Made by a program: the position numbers and the translations under genes
Notes under the pieces: generated by a model
What the model saw: the letters and a program-made list of their open reading frames with translations, nothing else
The model's database searches: none
Told to the model about the DNA's origin: nothing
DNA from: a virus
Length of the DNA: 64,000 nucleotides
Virus record (IMG/VR): IMGVR_UViG_3300050128_000053
Coordinates: 24,866 to 88,865 of that record
Strand: one strand, 5' to 3'
Shown: piece after piece, positions 31,733 to 42,925 of the stretch
Position numbering within the stretch: the stretch's first letter is position 1
Layout of the letters: each line of letters begins with the position of its first letter

Positions 31733-31995
31733 CACCTGTTCCGCCCCCACAGTGGACGGATGAGGAATTCGAGAACGATCGTCGACAGTCAATTCACATT
31801 TTCCGTGAACGGCGCATGCAGGAACCGTTGGAGCAATACCTCGAAGCATTCGAGGTTAGCCGGGATGCAATCGACACGCTTCTTGAAAGCAGTCGATTAC
31901 GCAACATTTACCGGGCACAAGGTATCGAAGACCTCAAAAAAGCGGCGTGGTACGTCAACCGAGAGATTGAGCGCCAGGAGAAAGACCACTCATGA
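31729..31995 (+). pseudogene. Truncated XamI-family restriction endonuclease N-terminus fused to a DUF3310-like C-terminus
   Basis: PPQWTDEEFENDRRQSIHIFRERRMQEPLEQYLEAF, then GIEDLKKAAWYVNREI. Confidence 0.7.
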
Positions 31996-32597
31996 TTGGC
32001 CCAACGGCTTCAGAAGTCGTCTGGTTAAAAACCAGCTGGTCTCGTACTGCTCACAGATTAAACGACCGCACCAACTTTGGTAAAGCCCCGTGCGGGTTGC
32101 TGATTTACACCATGGGTTTGGGTCCTATAGGAGGGGAGAGAATCCGCTGGGACAGTCTTGATCAACAACGAGTTGAGCTATGCAAGATTTGTTGGAAGGG
32201 CTATACACCTGTTGACTCTCGCACCATCAATGAGTTGAAATGGTGGGCTGCTCAACACGAGCGAATCTCTCAGATCTTTGCTGAGGCGTGGACAGTGATC
32301 TCTGTACCCACGCACTTAGAAGAGTTCATCGTTGAAGGTCCAGGCGGCAACGTGGTGCACAGCAGGACCCTGCTCAACTACCAGACCCTCAAGGCCATGC
32401 TCAAGATCATGCTCGAAGAGGAGACGTATCGAAAGGTGTCTCGGGAACGCATGGGCCGTCTCATGGGCGCATTACGCACATGGGAATCGGCACACCCTTA
32501 CGGTGAGCCGCTGATTGACGATCCCGAGATTGTTGAAGAGGGCGAGATCGTTGACGAACTGGTGCCCGAAAAGAAAGAGCTACTCTCAGGCTACTAG
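31992..32597 (+). CDS. Hypothetical protein
   Basis: ATGA-coupled ORF, 201 aa. Confidence 0.55.
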   Translation: MIGPTASEVVWLKTSWSRTAHRLNDRTNFGKAPCGLLIYTMGLGPIGGERIRWDSLDQQRVELCKICWKGYTPVDSRTINELKWWAAQHERISQIFAEAWTVISVPTHLEEFIVEGPGGNVVHSRTLLNYQTLKAMLKIMLEEETYRKVSRERMGRLMGALRTWESAHPYGEPLIDDPEIVEEGEIVDELVPEKKELLSGY

Positions 32598-32801
32598 CCG
32601 AGCGTAATACGGGTCGACCGAGCGCAGGATCTCGTCGAGGTCGTCGCCCGTGATGCCGGCGCAGTGCTCACGCAGCCGCATCTCGTAGAGACGAGGATCG
32701 TACACCCAGCCGCACCCGGTACAGAGCCCTGAGTCCTGTCCCTTCACCATCCGTGGAGAAGGGATGTCGCACGAGCATTTGTATGAGGTGTGAAGTGCCA
32801 T
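32586..32801 (-). CDS. Small Cys-rich protein, paralog A
   Basis: CSC...GLCTGC..VYD..LYE.RLR.HC.GI.GDDLDEILR.VDP.YA.LVA. Confidence 0.75.
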   Translation of the reverse strand: MALHTSYKCSCDIPSPRMVKGQDSGLCTGCGWVYDPRLYEMRLREHCAGITGDDLDEILRSVDPYYARLVA

Positions 32802-33361
32802 GGGAGCAAGCCTACTCGCCCTACGGAACTCGGGCGCCCTCAAGAGGAGATCCTACTTCTGATTCGGCTCTGCGCATGGCCGACGTGCCCTCAGCGAGAA
32901 GGTTGAAGACGCCAGGCTCGGCATTTCCAAAGGCCCCTTTATTGAGCCGGCGGTGGCGGCTCGCTGGACTCGAGAGACGTGTTGAAGACGAATGGATCTA
33001 CGAGTCTCCTCAACCTCGAGCCACCGACGACCCGGTACCCACAGAGACCGGTTCGATGGGCACAAGTGCCCTTCCACCCGCCCAAGACACGTCACCTTGA
33101 TCAGGCATTTGGGGCACTCGTACGTCTTCAAACCCATTCAAGTAGCTTGACACGATTTGGGCCGGAATGAGAAACTCATCACCGGACGAAAGAGTTGCAG
33201 AAGACTCCACCTCGGTGCGGATTCCGCCCCTCCCGAGGATTGTGAGACCCCCACTGCTCTCTTTCGTCCGCTATTCTCTTTTGAAGGGGGCCGCTTGCTC
33301 GTAAGGTCAGTCGCCCCCTCATTACTCTTCAACTCACACACCACACAGGAGGAAAACGAAA

Positions 33362-33865
33362 ATGGCCACTCCAGTCCGTAAAAAAGTGACCCTCAAGGCT
33401 CCCACGCGGTTCAAGACTCCAGCGCAGTTGATGGATGAACTGACATCGATTCAGAACGCTTGTGACGAACTCGAACACATCAACAGCGAGCTGCGCAAGC
33501 AAATCGACGATCGTAATGCTCTAGTCGATACACAAAGGACCGAACTCCAGATGTATCTGAGTCGGGTCAACACTTTCAACGAGATCTTGCGCAAGGTCGA
33601 ACGGGCGGCTAATGGGGCAGCAATAATCACTCTCCCCGTCAACCCAACAAGCGGCAGTTGGGTCACCAACTTAACAAGCGCTACCGCGTACGCCGGATTA
33701 GCTTCACCGCCCCAATCTCGTTCTGAGCGCCAGGAGAACGAGATCCGCCGTCTTCACGAGTTCAACACTCAACTTGAACGTCAATTGGAGGCGGTTCGTG
33801 TTGTTGCGCAAATGGCCCAAGAGCACAAAGCATCATGCCTGACGAGAAAGAACTGGACGGAGTAG
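33362..33865 (+). CDS. Coiled-coil hypothetical protein
   Basis: AGGAGG SD; heptad-rich sequence. Confidence 0.65.
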   Translation: MATPVRKKVTLKAPTRFKTPAQLMDELTSIQNACDELEHINSELRKQIDDRNALVDTQRTELQMYLSRVNTFNEILRKVERAANGAAIITLPVNPTSGSWVTNLTSATAYAGLASPPQSRSERQENEIRRLHEFNTQLERQLEAVRVVAQMAQEHKASCLTRKNWTE

Positions 33866-34536
33866 GAGTGGAGGTCACAAATGCCGGATGATTTGGACGG
33901 TTTGCGATGAGTTGGGACGCCGCGCTGTACGACGACCGAGGCCACGTCGAGGGTGCCTGGAACTACACCCACAACACAAGCTGCATGTTCTACGACGTGC
34001 TCAACGTGGATTTCGTCTTGAAAGGAAGTGTGCGAGTAAATGGGTCCAAGTAAGAGCGAACTGTAAATGGATCCAAATACCCACACCCACACCCGAGAGG
34101 GCGAGCCGGATTACACCCACGATCACGCTGACCCTGGCTGCACGCACACCTGGAAAACGTGCCCGGTCCATGGCAAGCTCGATGGGGAGATGCCGAAGTT
34201 CCGTGTCGCCATGACGTGCATCTACGGCGGGGCTGAGTTGAAGGGTGGTGGCACCTGGGACCAGGACACGTCCAACGAGGTTGTCGAGAAGATCACCACA
34301 AGTTGGGGTAGGTAAATGTCCACATGGAGTGCCCACATGGAGTGCCCGTTCCGTCCCGAGTGCGACTGGGGCAGCGTGTCTTGGACCGACAATGCGGGCC
34401 GGGAGTTGGCAGCAGAGCAATGGCGTGTTCACAAGGCCATGCACACACGGTTCGGTCCCGTGTTCGTGAGGGAGCGGTGCGTAGTTGGAGCCCTTCAGGG
34501 CTACAGCGTACACGCCGGATTAGCTGAGGTACCGCA

Positions 34537-34752
34537 TCAAGCAACGAGCTGAGCGTAGTTCGGATCAACTGCTCGCAAGATCTCGTCGAGGTCATCACCC
34601 ACGATCCCATCGCAGTGCTGACGCAGCCGCCGCTCGTAAAGACTGGCGTCATAGACCCCGTTACAACCGTGACAAAGTCCGGTGTCCTCTCCCAAGTGCA
34701 TCAAAGGAGTGGGGATAGAGCACCTGCATTCGTAGCTGGGGTGAAGTTTCAT
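34537..34752 (-). CDS. Small Cys-rich protein, paralog B
   Basis: Colinear with 32586-32801; both are 71 aa. Confidence 0.75.
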   Translation of the reverse strand: MKLHPSYECRCSIPTPLMHLGEDTGLCHGCNGVYDASLYERRLRQHCDGIVGDDLDEILRAVDPNYAQLVA

Positions 34753-34793
34753 GAAGAGGGACTATAGCTGCTGCTCACCCTCTTCTCGATTCA

Positions 34794-35006
34794 TTACGAA
34801 ACAGGATTGCCGGCGGCGTCACGGCCCCACGCACCATTGGCGTAACCCCAACCACCGAAGATCATGTCGGCGAGGAAAGCCAAGAACGCTGCGGAAATCC
34901 ACAAGTTCCACGGCGAGCCCAGGCACAGAGCATTGTCGGCGGCACTGGCGATGACGGCAAATACGGTCAGAACAACCGCTGCCACGAGAAAGATGCGCAA
35001 TCTCAT
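34794..35006 (-). CDS. Small two-TM membrane protein
   Basis: AAGGAG SD; two hydrophobic segments. Confidence 0.65.
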   Translation of the reverse strand: MRLRIFLVAAVVLTVFAVIASAADNALCLGSPWNLWISAAFLAFLADMIFGGWGYANGAWGRDAAGNPVS

Positions 35007-35190
35007 TTGAAGCTCCTTTGTCTCAAGAGCCTTTACCCTACTTCAAAGGTGCGCTTGATTTGGGGTGAGCGGCCAGTGCGCTGAACGGGCTTGCGCTCGA
35101 CCACCTTTTCAGGTGCTTTCTTCTTGGTCGGAAAGCCCATTGTCAGAGTTTCCTTGCGGGGAGCCTTCTTTGGTTTCTTTGCAGCCACCC

Positions 35191-35496
35191 TCAACTCCTC
35201 ACGTATTCGCCAAGATGGATCATCTCAGCAAGGAAAATGCCTTCAATCTCGTTTCCCCACGCATCCCATCCGTCACGCTTGCGCCTTGCGAACATCTCCA
35301 ACCTGTGCGCGTCAGGATACATGGAGTCTATGCGATCTTGAACCTCGTCGGGCTTGCGACTGTGGTCCTGTTTCGGAGCGTAGACTTCTTCACCAATCAC
35401 GTCTTCACCCACAAACACCGTTTGACGGATTGACTCGTCAGCCAGTGGCAACGGACGCCCGGTTTCTTCCGTGGACCCCACCAGCACGAATTCGGT
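35191..35496 (-). pseudogene. C-terminal remnant of an MT-A70 family adenine methyltransferase
   Basis: TEFVLVG...HSRKPDEV...RLEMFAR...GWDAWGNE; the N-terminal DPPW half is missing. Confidence 0.78.
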
Positions 35497-35576
35497 TCGT
35501 CATGCGCCGTTCCGGGCCAAGAGCAGCGCATGGGCAGCATAAACCGGGAAAAGTATGGCCGATTGCAGGGATATTT

Positions 35577-36962
35577 TCAAGCATGATCGATTACTTCGGC
35601 CTCTCCCCAACCTTCTTCGTCGTCGTAGAACTCCTCTTCGTCTTCTTCGTCGTCACGTTCACCTCTCGTCATGCCTACGCCCACAGTAGCGCCAGGAGTA
35701 AGACCCATTGCGTCTAATGCCTGGCTGATAGCGCCTTGTGGTGGGCCCTCGGGATCGATGCGCTCGAGTTCCTTGACGTCCTTGAGCATTTTGAACCAGC
35801 GGTCATACTCTTGACCCACACGTGGCTGAATGTCACCGCCGTCGATTTGCTCAGCGAACGTGCTAAATGCGGCTCGGCCGAACTGCCACTCAAGAAGGGT
35901 CTGCCCCGCCGCCTCCCAATCAGCGCGTCCTTTGATCTCGACTGGGATCGAGTAAGCGCAGAGCTGGCCGGGAGTGTGTTTCGGGCATGATCCTGAAAGA
36001 TTGCAACTGTCGCATTGGCGCACTGACGTGGGTTTTGAGCCCACGCGCTCTTTATCAAGCTGGGCTTTCATCCCGATGATGGGCAAGATCTCATGACGTT
36101 CGTCATCATCCCTTGTCGGTACGAGTTCGGCCATTGGATCAGGTGTTTCTGTTGAAATAACCACCGAATCGGATTGTGGCATTTCAGTAGAGACAACTGC
36201 TATACGGTCACGAAGGCGCTCGGTCATCCTTTCAGCGGCCACGTACATCGATTTGATGGCCAGTTCAGTGAGCGCATCGCGGTCATTTGCAGCGCAACGG
36301 TCAGGGTCGACCCCGAGCGCCTCGATGTTGGCCCGATTGACTTGAACCGCCCGAATAAGACGATCAGCTGAATAGTGCTTCAGTTTGCCGGCGGCATAGA
36401 CCCACAGCTCTCCGTAACGCCTCGGAGAGAGCCATGCCATGGTCGTGGTGGCCACGAACTTGCCCGTGCGCAGGGTCTGCAGATCGAGCACATTGGATCC
36501 GTAGAGCGTAGCTGGGATGCGTCTCATGGCATTGGCCGGCAACGACTTGGCCAGATTGGCGTTCACTCCCAGGCGCTCATATTCAGCAGCCAGTTGTTGC
36601 AGTTCTTCATCTTCAGTGGGGAAGACCACCACATTAGGTAGGATGGTCAGGTGATTTCTCACCTCTCGGCGGATTTTGCTCGGGCATGCCGGCGCATCGA
36701 GATCGAAGATCAGGCATTGATCGGCATTGCGCTCAGCGAAATCGAGATAGCTCTTGGAGAAATCAGCAAAATCGAAGGAGTCCTTCTTCGAGACTCCGGG
36801 CATGATGATGACCGACACCCCACGCGGCACGATCTTGAAGATGTCGTCGATACTGTGGCGGCGGGCCCATTCGTAAAATGAGATAGCGACGTGCGTGATG
36901 CCTTGGGCAAGGAGTGCCTCAAGGTAGATCGGTTGTTCAGCCGAAGAGAAATACAGGTCCAT
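35577..36962 (-). CDS. Conserved phage protein with Cys cluster (CDSC-x4-CP...C)
   Basis: 461 aa; alpha/beta N-terminal region, then RQCDSCNLSGSCPKHTPGQLCAYSIPVEIK and an acidic tail. Function unknown. Confidence 0.6.
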   Translation of the reverse strand: MDLYFSSAEQPIYLEALLAQGITHVAISFYEWARRHSIDDIFKIVPRGVSVIIMPGVSKKDSFDFADFSKSYLDFAERNADQCLIFDLDAPACPSKIRREVRNHLTILPNVVVFPTEDEELQQLAAEYERLGVNANLAKSLPANAMRRIPATLYGSNVLDLQTLRTGKFVATTTMAWLSPRRYGELWVYAAGKLKHYSADRLIRAVQVNRANIEALGVDPDRCAANDRDALTELAIKSMYVAAERMTERLRDRIAVVSTEMPQSDSVVISTETPDPMAELVPTRDDDERHEILPIIGMKAQLDKERVGSKPTSVRQCDSCNLSGSCPKHTPGQLCAYSIPVEIKGRADWEAAGQTLLEWQFGRAAFSTFAEQIDGGDIQPRVGQEYDRWFKMLKDVKELERIDPEGPPQGAISQALDAMGLTPGATVGVGMTRGERDDEEDEEEFYDDEEGWGEAEVIDHA

Positions 36963-36965
36963 GCT

Positions 36966-38506
36966 TTACCCGGGAGGATAGACCTTCGACGTCCTCACGC
37001 GCCCTGATTTGTGCACCGCTACTCGGACAGAGCGGCCGAACTTCATTGCCCCCGATGGGTGCTTCTCGCCTGTCACCTCGAAAGCCCAGACCTGATTAGG
37101 ACGACCCGCTACCCCCCGCGTGGTCACCCCTTCATGCCCAAATGCCTTTGCCCCCGCTAATGCGCCGGCACGATGAGTAGCTTCAGATGCTGTAGGCGCA
37201 TACCAACTGTCTGGGTAAGGGCCGCTGAACTGTTCACTGAGATGTTCATCGGCGGCCATGGTTCTCCTCAGCCATAAGGCGTGCTGTGATCTCGGTCCAT
37301 TTCAGCGTCGGGTTCCGCCCGTGGGATCTGATTCTGCGCCCTGCTAATCGACCATTGCTGGTTCTGAAGGCGGTTGGCAATGGCACCGGGTCCTTCGATC
37401 GAGCTATCGGCCAACTGCCGGTGGATATCAGCCTCGGTACTCGACGGGCTCAGTTTGAAGATCGGCTGGGTAGGGGACTGTGAGTCATCCCTCTTGAAAC
37501 GATTCATTGATACCGGCCTCTCGTGCGCTCTTCACCGCATCCTGCAGCTCATCCCACGACTTGGTGGAATCGAGTGTCCCCACTGTACCTCTTCGACCAA
37601 AGAGGATGACCGCCTGACGGGTGGCCAGACACTGCTCGTAAATCGATTTGTAACCTGTAATGACCAAGTTGATTGGGCCTCTGGCCCGCTCACGAGAAAG
37701 AGCATTCCATTGGGAATCGTCGTACGTCTCGCATCGATCTTCGGGCGGCTCAATGACGACCTGGGCCTTGGGTAACCCATTCATTTTGCAGAAGTACGTG
37801 AGGTCTCGCTCTGAGTCAGTGGCAGCGAACACTACAAGCCGAGTGACATCGTGCATTAATGCGGTGACCAGCTCGAGGCCCTCTGTGATCGGGATGGCGT
37901 CAGCAATGATCTTCCGATTAGGGCGAAGGATGATGCCCTCGGCCCCGACGAAGAGGGGACCTGGCACTACCGGCCCGGGTGTCGACGCTGCTGACGATTC
38001 GGAAGTGTGGAGAGGTCGACAGCACCAGCGGGAGTGATCCCCCGACGAGCCATCTCCTGGGCCACATTTTGACTCTGCATAGCTTGAGCCATTGCAGCGG
38101 CGGCGGCCTGTTGAGCGGCCACGGTGCGATTCGCAATCTCAAAAGCAGTGACGTCTTTTTGGATGGTGGCCGCAGCTATGAAGAAATCGTTGTGATTGGC
38201 TTCTCGGCCCACAATCAATGGCCGGTTGATCAGCGTGGAATCGGCAGTCCAATGTCCTGTGTGATCGGGGTACACGACAAACGCTGTCTCAAGCGTCAGG
38301 GGCGGCATGTCCTCAGGTGCAGAGACCGCAGGTTGTCCTTTCTCTTCTTCCTCCACCTCATCACTGGGAACAACTTCTGCCTCGTCGAACTCCTGGGCTG
38401 AAAATCCTCCATGGAACTCGGTATCGTCGATAGCACCTTCGTCAACTACATCGGTCTGGGCGCTAGGCAAGCCAGACAGGTCGGCAGCGCCGCTTTCATT
38501 GGACAT
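36966..38506 (-). CDS. Four hypothetical genes (36966-37259, 37268-37507, 37485-37967 degenerate HAD-like, 37967-38506)
   Basis: Tightly packed, co-oriented ORFs. Confidence 0.55.
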
Positions 38507-38605
38507 CGGGATCCTCCAAAGGGTGATGAGTATGAAAGCCCATACCCTAGCCATTTGGGAGTACGGTGTCGACCCATGGGTGTAAGAGAGGTAAGCGGAA
38601 CAGCA

Positions 38606-39139
38606 ATGACATCAGGGGACAGAGTTGAAGCTCTTTTCTGCTCATTTTGTAAGACCCTTGAGGAGATCCCCGATTCTGATTACGACGGGCCCCGTGGTGA
38701 GAATCCCATAGTGGCCGAGCTATTGATGCGTCACAACCAACGAGACCCTCAAGGGCACGGGTGGGGCGACGGAGTCGCACCGTTCGCACTCTTCGATTTC
38801 GATCCGGACGAGTGGGCGAATCAGCGCGAGCGCTGCATCAAGATCGTCAACGAGCGACTGAAGAAGTCAGGGAACAACGCCTGGGTGGCCGAGGCCATGA
38901 ACACGTTCGGCGACGATGCTCTCAAGTGCTACCGCCAACACGGTCGCCCAACGGGTGGGTGCACTGATTACTGGTCAGACTCAAAGCGCATCGGCCGGCC
39001 CACCAGTGAAGGCAAGACAGTTCTCAAGCAGGCGCCCAAGCTTGGTGCAAAGGACCCCCACCTCTGCCAGTGGTGTCCAGTTCACACCTACGTCACAACG
39101 GAGCGCAGAGCGAAAGCGGGAATGTACAAAGAGCGCTAG
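38606..39139 (+). CDS. Hypothetical zinc-binding protein
   Basis: CSFCKTLEEIPD...CYRQHGRP...C...LCQWCPVH. Confidence 0.65.
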   Translation: MTSGDRVEALFCSFCKTLEEIPDSDYDGPRGENPIVAELLMRHNQRDPQGHGWGDGVAPFALFDFDPDEWANQRERCIKIVNERLKKSGNNAWVAEAMNTFGDDALKCYRQHGRPTGGCTDYWSDSKRIGRPTSEGKTVLKQAPKLGAKDPHLCQWCPVHTYVTTERRAKAGMYKER

Positions 39140-39473
39140 AGCGGCTCGCATTCTTCAGCGATTGGATCGTCAGCGGTGCCGTGAGGTTCCCCATCGTGAT
39201 CCGGCGTCCTTGTGCATCGGAACGCCTCTTTGCCAACGAAGAACAACTCGCCACAAATAATCTTCTCTCCGGTTTGATTCTCATGCCAGACAACCGGCCC
39301 CGACACGTCTTTGCTCCCGCCACCACCGATGCGGAGCGTCCCGTGCGAGTGTGATTCCGTACCGTCATGGTCTTCGATTACCTGACCGCCAATGGTGAAG
39401 CCGGCGGCAAAGTGTCGATGCTTACGGCCGTCTGCGTGGCGGTGCAAGACGCCTCGCTCGTCGTCAAAAGTGG

Positions 39474-40316
39474 TCATCGATTTGCCTCCTTGTTGGCTGC
39501 CTTCGTCCATTTGGCGATCAGTGGGGCGACATCGATGTCCCGACGGGCTAGGGCGGCAGAGAGAACCTGAATGCCGTTCGTGCGCTCTTCCTCTTCGCCG
39601 TAGTAGATGTTGCGCTCGACGAAGCTCTTCAGCTCTTGCTTAGCGCTGTAGATGGTCGTGATCGTCCACCGTCCGAGACGCACGGGCTCGACGAGATTCT
39701 TGGCTGCCTTCAGGGCGTCCTTCTCAGCCTTCTCAGCGGCGCGTGCCTCTTTCTCGGCAGTGCTGAAGCGAGCAATGGCCGACGTCCCGTCACCAAATCC
39801 CTTGAAGGTCGGGGCCGAAGGAAAACACACCGTGCAGGCCAGCTCGCCGTACTCGGCCACGAGGGCCTCTTCGCTGGCGTCGGCCAGCTCGACGATCCAA
39901 CCGTAAACGGTGGTGGAGTAGCAGGTCGAGCAGTTGCGCTCACGGTGCACGTGGCCATTTGAGTTGCGCACGATGAAGTAACGATTCCACGGGCGCCGGG
40001 TGTACTCAGCCTCGTAGGGGATCGCCTCTTCGGTCAGCATCTCCAGGCAAATGGTGCCCTCGACGACCTCCTCGACGCCCGCAACGAACTGGTTGCCGGC
40101 GTAACCGGAGACCTGAGCGATTTCACTGCATCGGTCGATGGCTTCGGTGAGCGTGCCGTTCCACAGCTTGGTGCGACGGTCCTGCTTTTGGCCGGCGATC
40201 CGACGCACTGCACTCTTCGCCCAGGCCAGCTTTCGATTGGCCTTGGCCTGCTCCTCCCAGTTGGCAGCAAGGAAGGTGTCGATCTCGACTGGAGTGGCGC
40301 TGGTCAGTTCGGGCAT
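39474..40316 (-). CDS. Hypothetical early protein, leaderless
   Basis: GHVH...CSTC...ACTVCFPSAP; strong promoter 6 nt upstream of the ATG. Confidence 0.7.
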   Translation of the reverse strand: MPELTSATPVEIDTFLAANWEEQAKANRKLAWAKSAVRRIAGQKQDRRTKLWNGTLTEAIDRCSEIAQVSGYAGNQFVAGVEEVVEGTICLEMLTEEAIPYEAEYTRRPWNRYFIVRNSNGHVHRERNCSTCYSTTVYGWIVELADASEEALVAEYGELACTVCFPSAPTFKGFGDGTSAIARFSTAEKEARAAEKAEKDALKAAKNLVEPVRLGRWTITTIYSAKQELKSFVERNIYYGEEEERTNGIQVLSAALARRDIDVAPLIAKWTKAANKEANR

Positions 40317-40454
40317 GTAGATAGAGTAATCGATTTCCTCATTACTGTCAAGAAAAAGGAAAAAATGGAGTAATCTGAAAAGATTACCTCTGATCAGGGA
40401 TTATATAATCAGGTTTTCCTTGACAGAAAAAAGTTTTTCCATTACTCTTTACCC
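40317..40454. promoter_or_regulatory. Divergent pair of SigA-type leaderless promoters with central palindromes
   Basis: Minus: TTGACA 40351-40346, 17 nt, TACTCT 40328-40323, 6 nt, ATG. Plus: TTGACA 40420-40425, 17 nt, TACTCT 40443-40448, 6 nt, ATG 40455. Confidence 0.85.
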
Positions 40455-40477
40455 ATGCCCAACTTTGGGGTGGTGTA

Positions 40478-41725
40478 ATGACGAAGACGTGTTACGCACC
40501 GTGTCGGGCATGCGCCGCCACCAAAGTGACCCGCACCGTCGCACCTCGGGGCAAGAAGAAGGAACGGGTCATCATCAACTGTGCCAGCTGTGGGCAACAG
40601 CGGGCCGATTACACCAGGAAGAGGAACAATGACTAATTTGCGAGGCGATTACATCGACACGCCTAACGTGGTGGGCTACGACTGGATCTCGGAATACGAG
40701 ACCGACGACAAGGTCTATCACCACCAGCTTGTGTGGCCACGGCCGCAGGAGGACCCGGGTTGGGTGGAGTACGCCACCAGCGTCGATGGCCGGCCATGGG
40801 TGACCACACGTATCGTCAACCCCGAGCGCCTCGGGTTTGACAACACCAGAGAGGGGTTCGTTCGACTTGTCGAGCAGTTCCTCGCCGACGCAACTTCAGA
40901 GTGAGGAGGAGTAACCGTCAAGAGTGGCCTAATCGATTCTGCAACCGTCTATTACTGAAGGGAGTGTCAAATGTCCGCTTGGTTCGTTACTGAAAAACAC
41001 ATCAACGTCATCGTCACCGCAGCGATTGCGCTCGACGTCATTGACGAAGGTCTCGCTCAAGAGACCGGCCGAGAACTGTGGGGCGAGAACGCCAAGAGCC
41101 TGATCTTCAGGTACGGGACGGACTCTAAACTCGCCGACGCCGTGGGCGATTACCAGTTCAAGCCCGAGCCAACTGAGGATCTCATCTTCATCTACAAACA
41201 GGTCCGCTGCTTCAACTACCAGGCTTGTGAAGACCCGGGCTACGAGACAAGCCCATCGTCCGCACTGGTTGAGAAACTATGTGCTCGAATCCTCGAAGTG
41301 ACCGGCCTCACCCACGCCCCCTCATTACTCCACACCGACATCAGCCTCCGTCAAGATTACAACAGTGCCCCTTGGGGCGTCTAATCCATCCAACTGAAAA
41401 GGGAGGCTTTACAATGCCCATCACGTCGTCACTGTTCGGAAACGCCGTCACTGCAGCTGTGACCAAGACCAACGAGAAGCTGGCCACCCTCGAGCCCGAT
41501 GCCATTGCCCGGCTCGAAGAGACGGCAACCCTCGAGTTCAGGGACTGGTACGAGCTAGGAGAGCTGGCGTCCCGTGCTCTGCTGGCCGGCCACGTCGACG
41601 CCGATACGGCACAGACCATCTACGTCATCCACACCCGCTTCAACAGCGGCGCCAGCTTGGCCGAGCGGCTCGTGTTCTTGCAGGTAGCCGAAGAGCTTCT
41701 CTCAGCCCGTCTAGCTTGGAAGTGA
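40478..41725 (+). CDS. Small early genes (52-aa Zn ribbon from 40478, 40629-40904, 40971-41384, 41414-41725)
   Basis: Co-oriented ORFs with SD sites or stop/start overlaps. Confidence 0.6.
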
Positions 41726-41804
41726 GCGATTACGCAAAAGTAATCCGTAATCGCTGATTACCTGCTACACTCCCATTAAATCAAATCACTCGAAAGGAAC
41801 AAAA

Positions 41805-42875
41805 ATGTCGAAGGAATCCATCACTTGGCTCAACCAGAACATTTTGATCGGCCGCACCGATCAGAGAGGGCACGCTTGGCATTACAAGGCGGCGGCACAG
41901 GGCGATGAGTCCAATCATTACCCAGGCTTCATCCCAGTCCCTGACGTCGAGCGCCGGCTCTTCGCCTTTGACCCTGTCGAGCGGCCTGCCGCTACCCTGC
42001 GGCCCTATGTGGTGGGGGAAGGGAACCCCCTCGCCCTCGTAGAGATCGAAGGCGTGCGCTACGAGGTCATCATCGACTCCGAGCACAAGGCGATCTGTGA
42101 CCCCGATCACGGTGTGGTGTTCAACTACCCCACCAGTGATTACCAGATTCACAACTACCGCCAGTGGCTGCTCAATAATGTTGCCACCATTCTCGACGCC
42201 GATTTGGGAATCAGCTCTGCTGGTCTCTTGCGCCGTCGGGCTCAAGCCTGGGTCGAGGTCTCAGTACCCGAGAACATCGAGACCCCCGAGGGTGTCACCT
42301 TCCGGCCCAACCTGCTGGTGTTCACGTCGCTCGACGCCACTTTGGCCACGACGTACAAGCGCACCATTGGCGAGGTCGTGTGCGATAACACGCTACAAGC
42401 TCGCATTGGAGAAGAAGGCGAGACCTTCCGCATCCGCCACACGGCGAACTCGTTGGGGCGGGTGACCGAAGCCCGTCAAGCACTGAACATCATCTACAGC
42501 GCTGCGGACGATTTCGCTGCCGAGGTAGCAGAACTGTGTCGGGTCGAGGTGACCGAGAAGGAGTGGCAGAGCGTGCTGAGCGCTCTAGTGCCGACTGAGG
42601 GCAAGGAGCCGGGGCGCTCACTCACCATCGCTGAGAACAAGAAGGGCAAGCTGAATCAGCTCTACCACTTCGATCCCCGCTGTGCACCCTGGGAGGGCAC
42701 CAAGTTCGGTGTGATCCAAACCGCCAACACCTACAACCTCCATGAGGCCACAGTGCGCAACACCCACGGCGGTGGGCGCGTGGAGCGCAATCAGCTCAAG
42801 ATCATCTCGGGCCAAGCCGCTCGAGTAGACAACTACGTGGCCGAGGTCGTTGACCTTGTGCTCGCTGCTTCCTGA
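41805..42875 (+). CDS. DUF932/DUF945 (LGT_TIGR03299-like) protein
   Basis: AWH, YQIHNY, SSAGLL, PNLLVFTSLD, VVCDNT, IRHT and GTKFGVIQ. Confidence 0.8.
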   Translation: MSKESITWLNQNILIGRTDQRGHAWHYKAAAQGDESNHYPGFIPVPDVERRLFAFDPVERPAATLRPYVVGEGNPLALVEIEGVRYEVIIDSEHKAICDPDHGVVFNYPTSDYQIHNYRQWLLNNVATILDADLGISSAGLLRRRAQAWVEVSVPENIETPEGVTFRPNLLVFTSLDATLATTYKRTIGEVVCDNTLQARIGEEGETFRIRHTANSLGRVTEARQALNIIYSAADDFAAEVAELCRVEVTEKEWQSVLSALVPTEGKEPGRSLTIAENKKGKLNQLYHFDPRCAPWEGTKFGVIQTANTYNLHEATVRNTHGGGRVERNQLKIISGQAARVDNYVAEVVDLVLAAS

Positions 42876-42925
42876 ATCACCCACCACACATCAAATCAAA
42901 TCAATCACGCACAAGGAGCAACACC

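Noticed and set aside
35577-36962. DpdA/TGT-like DNA modification enzyme
   Set aside because: The N-terminus is only vaguely similar, the expected DSG motif is not evident, and no 7-deazaguanine pathway genes are in the window.
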